Source: Klebsormidium nitens
Taxonomy: Eukaryota; Plantae; Klebsormidiophyceae
Length of the DNA: 64,000 nucleotides
Assembly (NCBI GenBank): GCA_000708835.1
Contig: DF237375.1
Location: 1 to 64,000, forward strand
Reading direction: 5' to 3'
Positions 50,635-61,958 of the stretch are shown piece after piece; within the stretch, counting starts at the first letter, position 1; every line of letters begins with the position of its first letter. Under the pieces are notes generated by a model, which was not told the DNA's origin, did not search any database, and saw nothing but the letters and a program-made list of their open reading frames with translations. The position numbers were made by a program, and so were the translations under genes.

Positions 50635-53600
50635 TCATGTCTCCATCTCATCCTTGGACCAAGTGCCTTCGCCGTCGCCCCGAATGTGCACAACTTGCGA
50701 GTGCCATCTCTTGAGCGTGTGCCGGTGTGAGATGGTCAGAAGGCTGGTGTCAAGAGCAGCGAACTGGGCGTAGATACGCGCCTGCAAGCAGAAACTCGAG
50801 GCCTGAGCTTTGCGATTTCCAGGAATTGCCACATGATACAATGGGATAATTGGGACCTTTCGACTTACATGCAGTCAGATCTCACCACTCCTTGATGTCA
50901 CTCAGATCCTGCAATGGGGCTGAGAACTTCTCGAAGAAACTCTGAAAGGGATGCGCAATTATTTTTGACACGCGGCACACGCCGCGATATCCGAATGCAC
51001 AACCTTGGGTAAAAGCTTTCGTAAATGGCATCTCCCTTGGCCCGCACCTTCTTTGTGTATGACAATTCATGATACTGGTAGCCGTTTTCTGGCCCCCGGC
51101 TCGCATCTACACCCAAGCAAACCAGATGAATGCTGGCCTTTCCTTTGCGATACACCACAAGTGCGTTTCCGCTCGCTGAACACGTAACACAAGAAGAACG
51201 CGACATATGCGCCACTCCACGCTACAACCCACCCTCGCCAAGACGTGGGTCATGAGCGACGTCACATCAACTAGGATGGTCGCTCGCAGTCAAAGTACTA
51301 ATTTTGACATCAGAAAGAGAAAAGCCAATTGCCCTTGCCGCACGGCTCGTGAGATTTCGAAGAAAGTGCCAACCCAGAATTTGTGGATTAGTCAAGTGGG
51401 CGTAGGCATCGTACTGACGGCATCGACGGAATGTGACGGCAACCTCACCATCCCATAAATCCACTCGGTGTTTGTTGCCGTCCAATCGGACATTGAATTT
51501 CGAACCCTACGCCCACTTTGGAAAAGTGCGTACCTCCAGAGCTTCGCCGATTGCACTGGTGGCTTCGTCCAGGATCGCCAGCCGGGGTCGGTGGAAGAGC
51601 ACCCGGGCGAGGGACAGCCGCTGCTGCTCGCCCGGGGAAAGAATCGCCGGCCAGTCCTCGTCGCGCTGTAAAAAGAAAAAGATGACCTATTGAACCACTC
51701 TGGACCGGAATCCTGATTAATACCGGGCAGCTGAGAAGGTTGCTCCTTGCGGCTATCCTTCGTCTAGGGAAAGAATCGCCGGCCAGTCCTTATCGCGCTG
51801 CGGTAAAAATGATAGACCGATTTGAGAAAATGATAGACCGATTTGAGAGAAAGATAGGCCGTGTGAAGAAGAAGAGACCGTTTGAAGCACTCGGGAGGAT
51901 CTAGGGCCAAACTCTGTTTGCTAATGGGCAGCTGAGAAGGTTACTCCTTGCGGTTGTCTTTCGTTCGCGGAAGGGATTGCCGGCCAGTCCTCATCGCGCT
52001 TTGTAAAAGGAGGATAGACCTTTCGATGCATCTTGCAAAGTTTAGGACAGAACTTAAGTGATAACGGGCAGCTGAGAAGGTTGCTGAAACTTTAGATTTG
52101 CGGCTGTCCTGCATCGCTGAAAAACTGCGTCATAACGTGGTGATCGCACACACTGCCTCGCCTCGATACGATCAAGTCCGGCTGGCCTTTGCACTATTGC
52201 AAGATCTGAGAGACTGATGCGCTCGAAGCATGCAAGTTCTATTGGCGGGCGTCAAGAGTGTCAATTCTTATTTGACTTTTCGTTTTAACGGCTCTCGACG
52301 TGGACGACCGAGCCCACTGGTTTCTGTCGGGCAGCTTTGAGACCCGGCTTCTCAGTATCCACCGGAGGCCCTCGCCACTTAGGCAGAGGAAGAAAGACAA
52401 CGCAGCAAAGGAAACATATCTGACACTCAATGCAAAGCATTACAGTGGTCGATTACATATCTCCTCCTCCTCTTCCCAATAATAAAGACTGTCCTTATCC
52501 ACGGAGTTCAACTGAACCCCAGGAAGATAATCGTAGAAGAAGAGCGTACAGAGAAGACCTTATGAAGCCGAACGACATTAGGTAAAGAAAACTACGGAGT
52601 CCGACTTACCGTCCAGTTGCCGTCCACTCGATGCAAAAGGCTGTCCAGTTCCACGATCGTCAGAGCCTCCCGCATCCTGCTCTCGACGTCCTCCGTGAAG
52701 GAAGGCACTTCCCGGGGGTACGAAAGCTGGGCCGCGAGACCCCCCCGGGCCAGGAGCGGCGTTTGGGGGAGGAACAGGGTGCCACTTCCACCGGAAGGAA
52801 GACCTGTCCGTATCAAACCTGCGAAGGGACCAGGATGCACTCCTCAGAAACAGACGTCGTTCGTGATAGACGGTATGGAAGGCGGCAGCCGATGCCCACT
52901 CAAAAGAACAGACTGGCGGGGGGCTCGATCAGGTTTTCGATCCGGAGCCTCGAAAGGACTTGCAAAAAGCCGTCGAGAAACGGACTGGGCGACTTCAACC
53001 CACTTCTGCAAAGGCCATCTGCTTAGGCTGTCACGATAAGCACAAACTGCAGCTTATTCTCGCAGGGAAAGGGATCCACTAAGATAAGTGAGTCCGAACC
53101 TTTGATACATAAAACATCACAAGATTTACACTAGGTTTGATGTCCAGACCCAGTAAGATTCGGAAGCAACGCTATCCAGGGACTGCAAGAGATTTTGGCC
53201 AATGCTCAGCACGCTTGATGTGATAACTGCGATGGAGAATTTGAAATGATAGACCGAATGCCCACACCTTGAAAGACGCAAACTCCAAAACCTTAAGAAG
53301 TGGTGTGTACACATGCGGACACCCACCTTCGACCTGCGGCCACAGCCCGGCAATGGCCCGTACAAGTGTCGTCTTTCCGCAGCCGCTCGGGCCCATCAGC
53401 ATAACCCGCTCCCTAACCCCAATCCTTAGGTCGAATGCTCGCACCACCAAAACGCCCCCGGGGGTCTGCACCGTCAGGTTGCTAACCTCCAAAACAGGAG
53501 CACTAATGGCGTCGCTAACCCCATCTGCAAGCTCGGCACTTATTCCGTGAGTTGATCTGGGCGAATCGAAAGGCGGGCTCCGATCGGAAACAGATATCCT

Positions 53601-56600
53601 GGCCTTCTCGATCGCTTTGCTGAGCACGTCCAGTGGGGCGTTGGTGAAAAGCGAGGCGGGATACGTTCTCGACCCAAACCGGGGGTGGAACACGACAGGA
53701 CACGTGCCTGAGGTGCCGGTCTCGTAACCCAACAAAACTTCAGCCCCATGGACTTCGCTGTACGCTGCTGTTAGCTGATCAGAGGACTCTAACCCTAAAA
53801 CTAAACCTGCTTCTGACCCTTGTGCATCTTCGACAGTGACTATTTCGCCGTTGCTAGAGTGCGGACTGAGGTCGGCTGAGCGCAAGAGACTGCTTTGCAA
53901 CCTGGCGCTGTTGGAGGGGTGATTTGAGGCAGCGCTCGTTTCAACCAACGCTGGGTTAGAGGACAAACCAATGCCTAAACTACTGCTGAGGCTGCCGAAC
54001 GAGCTCTCATCCCCTAGCGAATCGGCCTCCTGAAACTTCCCAGCGCCTCGCCCATCCCGGCCGTTACTGCGACGGTTCCCCAAATTGACGCCAAGACTAT
54101 CTCCCAGATCCACAAGAGCCTCAGGCTTCACTCCACATCTCAACGGCTCCGCCTCCGCAAACCTTGAAGAGACCGCTAATCCGGTTCTTGGATCGACCGC
54201 TGCCGCCCAAAACCCTCCCTCGCGGAGCGCCCCGCAAACCGCGCCCTGCCAACTCAGGAACACGTCGCCTAACCGTGCCATCTCTTGAGACACGCTCAAC
54301 TCATCCCCTGCCCCTTCCAAAACGTCCGAAGACGGCCCTGAAGCTCCCGTTCCGTTTCGATCCACACTCTTGCCGCCGCCGCTAATTCTCCCCTCCCAAA
54401 GATCGACTTTTGCGCCCTGAAACGTGGGAACCACTAAAAGGGGCTGCGTCCACAGGCCCGGCGCCCCCTGCTCCAAGAAAACCTCTTGGAGGATCCCCCG
54501 CAGCTCGGGCGGCACCGTGTGAACGCTGAACTCGAGGGATCCCCCTCCGAGAGATTGCGTTAGCGGCCCTAGCAGAAGCCCGTTAGGGAATCCCTCTTGG
54601 ACGGGCGCGAAGGGGTTAGGGAGGGTTTGCGTCCAGGGGAACGGGTTTGAGAACTGGGCTAGGGGGCCTTGGTCTTTCAACCCCGGGAGGGAGGGCGTTA
54701 GGGCTACAGACTGCGCAAGGAAGTGCGCAAGCGAGTCTCTTTCTTGCGGGCCCTGTTTTTGAGAGCGGCACTTCTCATCAGGTTGGACTTTTGCTTCGGT
54801 CGCCGTGCCCCCCATCCTTTCCAGGGCCTCAAACAACCCCGCAACACGGCCGGTCACCCCCGCCACGTCAGACAGCACTTTCGCTGCATCAATCAGCTGG
54901 GTGAAGCTGTAAATCAGGGTCAGAATCGCAAACGACGCATTGCTAACCAGCTGTGCTATCGCGCCCTTGTCGACTTCTGCCCCTTTCCCGTAGATCCCGA
55001 CGAAAATAGGGAGTGCGAGGATGGCGTAGTTGAGAATTGAGCCACTGTAGTCATAGGCCTTGCTGCCTAGCTCAAGGATTGTGTGGCGGATGACGAGCGA
55101 GCGCTGGTTGGTTAGGACGTGGTTAAGGTCCAGGTTAAGGGCGGTCCGCTCGACGGGGCTGGAGGCGTACAGAGCCACTTGCTCGGCGTTGTTGCGCAAC
55201 CTGGGGCACAAAGGGGCGGGAACGGCGTCAGAATCGATAACATAAAGCACTTTGCAAAGTCAGAAACTGCATCTGATTGCACTTGTGTTGCTCAACATCA
55301 AGTTCCATTGATGACGTTGCTGAACACAGTGCTTCTGAACGCGTGCCTGGACGGCTTCTTGGCACGTTGGAACAACGTGAGACCAGGGACCGGTGCTTTG
55401 ACTGGACGGACGACGAGCTTGCTATCCATTATAGCCAGCAACATGAGAAGTGCCTCGCTTTTCTTACTGAGTTGCGGCCCTTCATCTCTTTCTGTCAGCC
55501 AGAAGGTCATCCACGCTGCTCACCTGACGTGTGCAACTCGGAAGTCCCCTTCCAGCTTCTCTTGCTTTGCCACAAGGGCCGCGATTGGGGAGATCAGGCA
55601 GCGCGCCCCCAGAGTACCGACAGAAAAGAACAGGTACACAGCGAGAGGCCCTGTCCAGCCGACGTACGACCAGACAAGCACCGTGTAGTATGCAATCATG
55701 AGCGGAGCAACAACGGTCTTGTGGAGGAGTTGAGCGAGGCCTGTTGAGAAGAGCTGGATCTCCTGCAGCAGAGAAGAGCGCAGGGTGGTGTCAGGAAAAG
55801 AAAGGGTTGTCATGAGGGTAAGACGACGATTGCCAAGAACAGGATGACCTCCTGAGACATCTTTTTGCGTACAGTGTTGTGAAGAAACAAATAGTTTGGT
55901 GTGGCCTTTGCGAAGCTCTTCGTAGGATTGAAACCTGGTCTCAAAGTGCGGTTTACAGATTGCCAGAGCGCAATGACAAATTTTGCGATTTTGATTCGTC
56001 TCACGGCCAGTTTAAGATAGTTACGAGGGCGGCCAACTGAAACCAGTTACAGTTTTTGGGACCGCCAATACTCTGCCAGATGCGACCGCCAATACTACGT
56101 ATGATTCACAAATAGGGTCCCAAATGCAAGCACTAGTGGCCTTAAAAGATTCCATCTGGGAGCCCCCTTCTTCCATCAGATAACCACCAAAATGCTCAAA
56201 CGTCAGACCCTACCTGAGCCACACGCTGATCCGGGTTATCCACCGCTCCCTCTTTCATGAGGTGAAACACGTTCGAGTCACGGCAGTATCGGCTGTGAGC
56301 GGCCAGTGTCAACCGCTTCCGCCACTGCAGCGCTAGCATCTCCGAGACTCCGAGCTTGACACCAGCGCACAGCGCGGCAGAGCTATACCAGAGCAGGGAG
56401 CGCCACATGGCGGAAGCAAAGAGCTACAAGAGGGGCAACCAATGGGGCACAGATCAGTGAGTGTTCACGTGGTGGTACTGAAGCGAGCAAGGAAGAATGC
56501 TCAGGCAAGCTCATCCAAATAGAGGAACGCTCTTGAAAGCTGTGTGGTGCTCTGATGTCTTCTCCCACTTCCAAGTTCGTCAGCTGTCCTAGGGCTGGGG

Positions 56601-57146
56601 GGGGAGCTTAGGTCATGCTGTAAGCCATTCGCTTATGAGTTAGACGATACATGCCTCGAGGGCTCTTCAATTGGCTGATCAAGAACGGAACCTTAAACTG
56701 ACTTGAATGCCAAGTCCTCTGAAACACCCATCCTCTTGAACCCTCTTGAGGTCCAAATGACACCCTCTGAACCCTAACCCTAAAATCTTGCAATCACAAA
56801 CAATGTGAGCCTCCGCAGCGCTCACCTTCACGTCATTATCCAACAAGGCCTTGTAGAACAGCCCGGGAAGCACGCCGACCTGCGCAATCACGAGCACCTC
56901 CAGGACTGAGAGGGCCGCTAAGAGCAGTGCACCCTGAGCTCCGGCAAGCACCATGAGTCGCCCCAGTCGCTGCACAAAGCGCAAGTCAACGCCGTTGTCT
57001 TGCCTAGGAGTGGCATTATCTGGAGCTCGCGCATCCTTGCTATCTTCGGAGGGCTTGGAACCAGCCAAGATCTGGTCAATGGAGATGCATTGCTCTTTGG
57101 CCCCATTCTGCAGGTGCGTGTACCCATGAAGCAAAGGTGTCTCCAT
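50635..57146 (-). CDS. ABCD4: ABCD4 (CblJ)-type half ABC transporter with an in-frame inserted MMADHC/CblD domain, ~1043 aa
   Basis: Exons 57146-56826, 56423-56214, 55762-55524, 55200-53327, 52818-52610, 51665-51534, 50781-50635, phases all compatible. ABCD4 hallmarks [54 protein letters not shown]; Walker A GPSGCGKT; Q-loop FLPQTP; signature LSPGEQQR (LSPGE as in human ABCD4); Walker B ILDEATSA; H-loop ISHR. Confidence 0.93.
51640..52125 (-). repeat. Three degenerate intronic copies of the acceptor and start of ABCD4 exon 51665
   Basis: gaatcgccggccagtcct..tcgcgctg recurs at ~51640 (true), ~51770 and ~51970, and more decayed at ~52100. Shared spacer gggcagctgagaaggtt at ~51725, ~51927, ~52066. 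Confidence 0.82.
53607..54539 (-). other. MMADHC: MMADHC/CblD (cobalamin-trafficking, nitroreductase-like fold) domain inside the ABCD4 reading frame
   Basis: Blocks [102 protein letters not shown] match, in order, human MMADHC as recalled ([20 protein letters not shown]...LRAEGYWADFIDPSSGLA...[25 protein letters not shown]). Confidence 0.85.
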
Positions 57147-57837
57147 CTTACCAGCCCCGACTACAAAGAAGAAAGGGTGGCCTTTCCTGCCAGCATTTCC
57201 AGACCATTGGCAGCTGGATCTGCAGCTTTAAAAAACTGGCCTACTTCAGGTAACGAACACCGCTTGCAGTATGAAGAGTTGGTGAATCGCTGTCATTTGG
57301 AGCTAGGTATTTAGGTACCTCCTATGCATTTGTGAGGACCTCAGCTTCAGAATGGTTTGTGCTCATACTTTGAACAGTCTTCAGCGTTCAGGCCCAGGGC
57401 GGCTTTAGGCATTAGTCCTAATGGCCTGCCATGAGGGCCTGGACCTGGGTTTAGGGTCAAGGTTGGGTGCTTGGTCAAGCATCATGCTATTATGTAAATA
57501 GCATGGTTAAAGAAGCTGCCATGCATGGCTTGAGGGCTGAACCGTTTAACCGTAAAGGGTTAACGCAAACGGAGGTTTAGAAGTAAACTAGCAGAACTTG
57601 AACTTGAAGCGAGCGCGGTCAGAAGCGAGCGCGATTCTAAAGCTCATAGCTAGTAGGGGCAAGGTGCTCAACAAAGCATTGCAACAGGCAAAAGGACAAT
57701 CACAAAGCTGTGCCAGCAGCAAGAAAGGGCGGCCGCTGCGCTGTTCACCCTTTCGCTGAGCCAAGCATCAGCCCACTGGCGATTTGATATGCCGCTGCCT
57801 TAAGTTAACAGCCGCAGCATTGTTCTGATATAGATCG
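57147..57837. promoter_or_regulatory. Probable bidirectional promoter region between ABCD4-MMADHC and MTase-RFK
   Basis: Only ~690 bp separate the divergent ATGs at 57146 (-) and 57838 (+). No specific motif identified. Confidence 0.45.
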
Positions 57838-60800
57838 ATGGCGGTGCGAGCGGCCCAGCGAGTGGGCGCCAGCAACACTGCCAAGTGGTTTGCCGACCGC
57901 ACACGAATCGCAGCCTCGCCAGTCAAAGCAGGGAATTGCTTGGTTACTGCTCTAGCTGTTGAAACAGATTGCTCAAGGGGGGTCAGTCTGTTCATCTCAG
58001 CACTTAGCAGGAAAACCACTGTCTCCAACTTGAAACAGTGTGCTTCAGTCGCCGGATTCCCAATCGTCAACCTAAGTCCACCACTCAGGGGCGTCCGCAA
58101 TAAAAGAAGGAGCTCCGCCATCCCACGAGCTTCGGCCACCGCTCTCACATCATCGAATGATGAAGCAACTCACAACAACTTACAGCAGGAGCACTACGAC
58201 AGAGACTATGCAGCCTACATCCAGGAGGTTCCACCTAAAGTCACGGAGTCCTTGGAAAAGATTGTAAATGCCGCCAGTTTGAAACCGTCTCACAAGGTGT
58301 TAGACTGCGGCTGTGGACCGGGCCGCTTGATCCCCCATATACTGGCGGCTGGAGTGGAAGATGTAGTAGCGGTTGACCTGTCTATCATGATGATTGCCCT
58401 GGTGAAAGAGCAGTTTGACAATGTGCGCTGCTGGCAAGGGGATATAGTGAATCTGCCTCCAGCGTTCGGGCCTTTTGATGCAATCTTTGTGAACGAAGTC
58501 CTGGAGAGTGTGCATTCGCAGGAGGCGGTGCTGAAAGCAGTGGCCGGATTGCTCCAACCAGGTATGATATCTACTGTTTTTGGCTTTCCTTGCTCTGCTT
58601 ACTAGACTGAGAAACCCATGGGGGGTTGGTGCAGTGGTGATGGCAAAGTGCTTGTGCGGTGCAGGTAGACAATGATAAGTACACCACCTCCTTATCGTGC
58701 TTCTATTTCAAGGGAAAGTTTATCTCTTGGACTTAAAGGAATCATCCCCTAAAACGACGTATGGTCGGACATTCAAACTTCAGACCTTCCTGTCACTGTA
58801 CCAAGGAGAAGCACCCCATCAGATGACGTCTGGTCGTACATATTGAACTCACAGACTATCCTGTCAGTCAAAACATCACGCAACAGAAGACCTGTCTGCC
58901 TGCAATGAAAGGAGAGTCGTGCCAGGGGCAGTTGCTGAGGAGCTTGTGGTGACCTCGTCATCGCCATCTCACATGCAGGGGGAGCAATCATCATCAGTCA
59001 CTCGCAAGGGCGGCGAGTATCTGAGTTCTACAAGAAAAAGAGTCCTGAGCTCCACCCCCATAGTCTGCCAGATACAGAGGAGCTGAAGAAGCTGGCGGAA
59101 GGCGCCAGTTTAGATGTAGAGGCGTTCACAGATGCTGAGGACTTCTACCTGGCTGTCCTGAGGGTGAGTATGCGCACAGGCGTCACTGTTGATTTTGCAG
59201 GAGCATGTAGCAGTTACTGAATATAATGGGGCAGTGCAGATAGAGACGATGAGCGTCTTTTGTTTGCCTGGGCTCAATCTCCCTTGACGCCCTGCTTGAG
59301 GGTTGTGAAAAGGTCGGGTGCAGGGTGCTCATAGACCCGATTTCCTTCAGGCAAAGACGGCGTTTGTGCCTCCCTAGTTTCGAACAAGGACCGGAGAGTC
59401 AAAAAGGACAAAAGCTCGTGATTGCTGCAAGCTGGATAGCACATGGCCCTTGGGCCGACTGTCATTGTCAAACTCCAGTGTCAATCTGGTGTGGATGCTT
59501 TGTCCCACCAACTCTTTACTCGCCCTGGCCATCTTGAAAACAGAACATCTTCTTTGCCCATGTGCCAAGCACGTGCCACTGCACTGGATCAAAGTGCATA
59601 CCATCTTTTAGAACACCTTGCAGGACTCTCGAGCATCAAGCGAAACGCCTAGGCGAAGGGAAGAGGCGGCAACGTCTGATTGGGAAGATGGTAAGCACCG
59701 AATAGCCTTCGTTTGGAGACACCTATTGGGGAACCGCTCTAGTTCTCGTGGTCAGGGGGGTTCGGAGAATCAAGACTAACTGTACGTTTGAACCAGATTT
59801 TTGAAAGGCCCGAGCAAAGAAGGCGTCGGCAAAAAGAGTATGTCGCATCTGCAAAGCGAGAACACCATCCTGAGGTGTAATCACGTACTTCTTGGTACGA
59901 AGCGGGTGATAGACTGGCATCGAAACAGCAGCAGAGGACCAACTCTCAACGCCACTTTGTCGTTGTTTTCAATAAACAACTACCACGTTCTTCGTCCTCC
60001 AACGCTGACACGGCTTTCACATGTGCAGATTCTTCTGCTGATGTCGGCTTGACACGACCGATTTCGATACGTTTGCATCCTTGGTGCGCGGCAGTGTTAT
60101 GCTTCCCCAAAACCTGACGTTCCTGCGTGTACAGATCCATACTACTTCGCAAAAGCGCCCCTCTACATGAAGACGCCCGTCGTGTCTGGATTCGGCCGGG
60201 GGAGCCGACAGCTTGGATTCCCAACTGGTGAGCTAATGACTCCATTCAAAGCTCCCGAAGAAACTGTAGAAGCGTTCTTACGACACATGTAGTCGAAGTT
60301 CTGGAGTCTTGCGTCTTGATTTTGCAGTTTACAGCGTTGACCAATTGCCCGTACCTAGCCTACTGAAAGCAGCAAAGTCGGTATACAATTTTTCCTTCCA
60401 CGCGAATGCACCTCTGGTTCTTTCGTACCTACAAGTAGTGTCGACAAATCAGTTCGAATTGCGGCTGACGCTTTCAGAAGGAGCCTCGACTCGAAGATTG
60501 AGTAGATTCGAAGGGCACGATTGTGTGCGGAACAGGGCCGATTGTCAGTTCCACAACCTCCTCCCTCGTCCCGATCGAATCATTGTTCCATACCCTTTAG
60601 AGCATTAGGTACAGTGTGTTCAGAACACTCTCTCGACTTTTGATAAGTCCCGTTTGATCAGTGATATCCCTCAGCAAGGTCGTGTGATGCAATCACGTCC
60701 ATCATATTCCGCTGTCCGTTTTCCTTCCGCCAGCAAACCTGGCGCCGGAGCTGCTGGTCAAGGAATTAGACGGGCTGATGAACGGGGTCTACTTCGGCTG

Positions 60801-61958
60801 GGCGCGGCTAGTGGCAGAAGGGAAGGACGACAAAGTCTACAAAATGGTCATGAACGTGGGCAACCGACCGACGTTCGCGGACGGCGCCGGACAGACGATC
60901 GTAAGTGACAAAAGGCGGCGGTTGTCTGTATCGTGCGTGGCTCATTTGAGGCGACCGGTGCAGCGCGTGTAGCTGGCACAGGTCGCCTTCGTGGCTGTCT
61001 TGGTGGATAGCAGGCTGTGAGCCTTGGTCCTTTGAAAGGGCTACACTACATTGAGAAAAGCTGGCTTCAGATACTGGCTGGCCAACACATGAGATACTGT
61101 GTGGCGGATGTGGCGTCAAGCATGAAAGCCCCGCTTTCTGAGTCTCCTTGCGTAGGATCTGCTGCCACGAGGAGGTTGATTGAGGGACGTCTATTGTTGG
61201 TTCTCCGTGTAGACACTCGACAAGGGGGACCTCGTCCGGTCATTTGTGTTTGAGGTTTCGAGAGTGGACGTATCTCGGCAAAGCACTTGCCCACGCGCCA
61301 TTCTCTTGATTTTAAGGTAGCACGTTGGCTGAATGCAGAATGCCAATCGAGGAACCTGTTCATAAGCATCCTCAAAACTTCCTTGACAGCTCAGCGGCTC
61401 AGCAGGATACCCACTATTTGTGCGTCGTCATTGCGGAGGCTGCCGTAGTGCTAACCGTGAAAGTACCCTTGACTCTGGGAGCTCACTCCTTCCATTTCAG
61501 GAAGTTCACGTTTTGAACAAGTACGAGGCGGATTTCTACGGAGATGAGTTGAGGGTCGTGGTTCTAGGCTGCATACGACCGGAGCAGAAGTTTTCGTCCG
61601 TCGGTGAGCGACCTCTCTTAGTGTTCGTACTTTTGAAACAAGTGGGCTTGTGTGAGAACGGCCGCAAGCTTTGGTAATTCCCAGACAGCTTTGCTGCTTT
61701 CAGCTTTTCTATTGGTTTGATTCCTTATTGAGAGTCAAGCTGAGCCGACTGATCCCTCTCAATAACGCCATTTTGACCCCTTCGTTGAATGCTCCTCAAG
61801 AGAACAGGCACAAACGACCTTCGTTTGATTTCATAATTGCTTTCTGTGATACAGCGGATCTAGTGAACCGGATAAAGGAGGACGTGGCCATCACGGAAGA
61901 GGCTCTCGAAGATGACAGTAAGCGACAATTTAGCCGAGACACGTTTCTACTCGGCTAG
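57838..61958 (+). CDS. RFK: Class I SAM-dependent methyltransferase fused to riboflavin kinase, with N-terminal transit-peptide-like region, ~480 aa
   Basis: Exons 57838-58561, 58979-59163, 59624-59690 (linker), 60135-60227, 60734-60900, 61501-61603, 61855-61958, phases all compatible. MTase VLDCGCGPG, VAVDLS, WQGDI, FDAIF; RFK GFGRGSRQLGFPTAN, GVYFGW, MNVGNRPTF, EVHVL, DFYG, IRPEQKF, IKEDV. Confidence 0.85.

Noticed and set aside
53327-55200. ABCD4-CblD as two adjacent genes or an assembly chimera
   Set aside because: The ABCD4 halves flank the insert in one continuous frame within one exon; removing it is not needed to restore frame and no internal start or stop exists. Read-level confirmation is still advisable.
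53269-55747. Plus-strand ORFs opposite ABCD4, and similar antisense ORFs over PGS1, EBM and the RING gene
   Set aside because: Shadow ORFs of GC-rich coding exons.
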